DNA from: a virus
Taxonomy: Duplodnaviria; Caudoviricetes
IMG/VR virus record: IMGVR_UViG_3300037608_000084
Location: 1-25,967 of that record
DNA length: 25,967 nt
Direction: 5' to 3' (one strand)
The number at the start of each line of letters is the position of its first letter. The stretch's first letter is position 1. Below the pieces are notes generated by a model. It searched no databases and was not told the origin of the DNA. It saw nothing but the letters and a program-made list of their open reading frames with translations. The translations under genes were made by a program, and so were the position numbers. Positions 24,442 to 25,967 of the stretch are shown here, in pieces.

Positions 24442-24937
24442 CTGGCCACTATAAAAAATCTTTTACATCAGATTGATTATCTCAACACAATCTCCATTAA
24501 TCTGAAGGTCTTATCCTGTTTGCCTCAACTGTGATAGCGGAATAGAAGAGTAAATTAATTTCACGGGACAAATCTTGAGAATATTTGAATTATGGAGTAG
24601 GGAAGGCCTTACAAATGATGAAAGATTGCAGCTTATGTTAAAAGTTCATTTCGGTAGATCAGGGAATATTGAAGACTTCGTTACTAAACTGGAATGCAGT
24701 AAATGCTATGACTAAGGGAAAGTCCGGTACGACTATACTAACCATAAAAAAACAATCCATAGAAACTGTATCGGAAAAAACATGAAAGGTTGGGACGTTG
24801 TCGAGTTCATGAAAGAACAGGCGAAAGAACCGATAGATACACTTTATATGCCTGATACAAAATAAAGGAGGGAAAGGCTATGAAAAGAACAAAAGGGGGT
24901 ATAGAAGTAAAAAAACATCAGTGGAAATAAAAGCGTA

Positions 24938-25120
24938 ATGTACAAAACGTTTGATTTATTGCTTGAGGAAGGGGTAAAAAGAGCGGAAGGTTACTTGGTC
25001 GGTAAAGGCCTTATGAATAGCAATGAAAGGTTGTATTCAGCTAATCAGGTTATTGAATATGATGAAAACTTTGTAAGCTTCAATGTAACGCCGATAAGCT
25101 TTGGAGTGGTAAAAATATAA
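24938..25120 (+). CDS. Small hypothetical protein or gene remnant
   Basis: 60-aa ORF in an AT-rich stretch of short broken ORFs. Confidence 0.3.
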   Translation: MYKTFDLLLEEGVKRAEGYLVGKGLMNSNERLYSANQVIEYDENFVSFNVTPISFGVVKI

Positions 25121-25416
25121 AAATATTGTGAACTCCCTGCTGCACCTTGGGGTTGTAGGGCAAGACGTTAAAGTCCTGTAATTCTCAGACTCAATAAATG
25201 TAGAATGATTAAACATTGCAGTCGGTAATCGATAGATTCTCCCTTGAAAAATATATGAAATTGCAGGAAAATGATGAAATGAGATCAAGGGGGCCACTGG
25301 GGAAGAACTGGGAGAGATAAAAAGCAGGACTCCCGGCCTCCTTTAATTTCATTGAAGAACCTTCCCCTGTACCATATACTAAAGAAACCTGCAACTCGAG
25401 AACAAGGAGGTACGTT

Positions 25417-25967
25417 ATGAAACCGGTGAGATATCCTGCCGTTATCATGTTTTTTTTCCTGTTTCCGCTTTTTGCTGGTCTTTTTATCGTTGAGCCTCTT
25501 CGCGCCGCCCCTGTTACCTGTCCCCGCTATAGCGTTGTCATGGAAGGCACTACGGTGAAAATGGGCGTCAGCTACACGGAGCGTCTTGAGGCACACAAGG
25601 TCGGCGGCGACCCCGGCCACAATGGCAGGTGGAAAGTTGACCTCTTTGAGCAGATCATCACCTACCCATGGCCCATAAATTTCCCGATCGCCACCGATAA
25701 CATCGCTGACCTCGGCAACGGTATTATCATGCGCTCCCAGTGCACTGTCATGGGAAACATCATTAATTGCCGCAGCACATCGGAGAATATGTTCCTCGAG
25801 GTAAGAAACAACCAGGTGAGGATGGAAAGGACGGCTCCCTGGCACGGCAAGGTTGTCGGTGATACGATGAGCTGGAAATTTCACCTCGAGAGCCCCAACG
25901 AGCCCGTTATAAGCGGTGTTATTGCCGAGGGCCCGAAAGACTCGATTGAACTTACAATCATTGAACC
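25417..25967 (+). CDS. Exported hypothetical protein (partial, runs off the right edge)
   Basis: AAGGAGGT RBS; MKPVRYPAVIMFFFLFPLFAGLF... open to the window end; TTGAAG-17-TATACT promoter at 25352-25380. Missing from the ORF track. Confidence 0.8.
   Translation, partial: MKPVRYPAVIMFFFLFPLFAGLFIVEPLRAAPVTCPRYSVVMEGTTVKMGVSYTERLEAHKVGGDPGHNGRWKVDLFEQIITYPWPINFPIATDNIADLGNGIIMRSQCTVMGNIINCRSTSENMFLEVRNNQVRMERTAPWHGKVVGDTMSWKFHLESPNEPVISGVIAEGPKDSIELTIIE

Noticed and set aside
24477-24496. TTATCTCA...CA as a second phage-end motif
   Set aside because: The spacing differs from the 22828 end, and host-type genes lie between it and the phage.
25285-25884. 199-aa minus-strand ORF in the track
   Set aside because: It shadows the + strand gene from 25417, which has an RBS, promoter and signal peptide.

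Overview
Most of the window (about 127-22828) is the early, lysis and head half of a Mu-like transposable prophage read mainly on the minus strand. From right to left: candidate TG/CA terminus at 22828, standalone HsdR-N-like nuclease, CI-like repressor, Ner/Cro-like HTH, DDE transposase, MuB/ExeA-like ATPase, Gam, HNH, GemA, Mor, GH108 endolysin, holin, terminases, portal, MuF with a C-terminal PBECR2-type nuclease, gpG, protease/scaffold and a head decoration protein. The prophage looks damaged: the protease gene has a 1-bp frameshift, and the right end of an IS3-family element (1-126) sits directly after the RBS of the next head gene. Host genes lie to the right (MarC, two exported proteins, decayed ORFs). 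The strongest unexplained signal is at 2803-2901. The MuF nuclease gene has no immunity ORF. Instead a perfect antisense sigma70 promoter drives a ~65-nt RNA of two hairpins with perfectly complementary loops (CCAUGU/ACAUGG), a candidate RNA antitoxin or pRNA-like RNA. Five periodic 6/7/8-mer hairpin elements and a leaderless antisense gene overprinted on the early operon are also notable. All calls come from reading the sequence by eye; no searches or folding programs were run.
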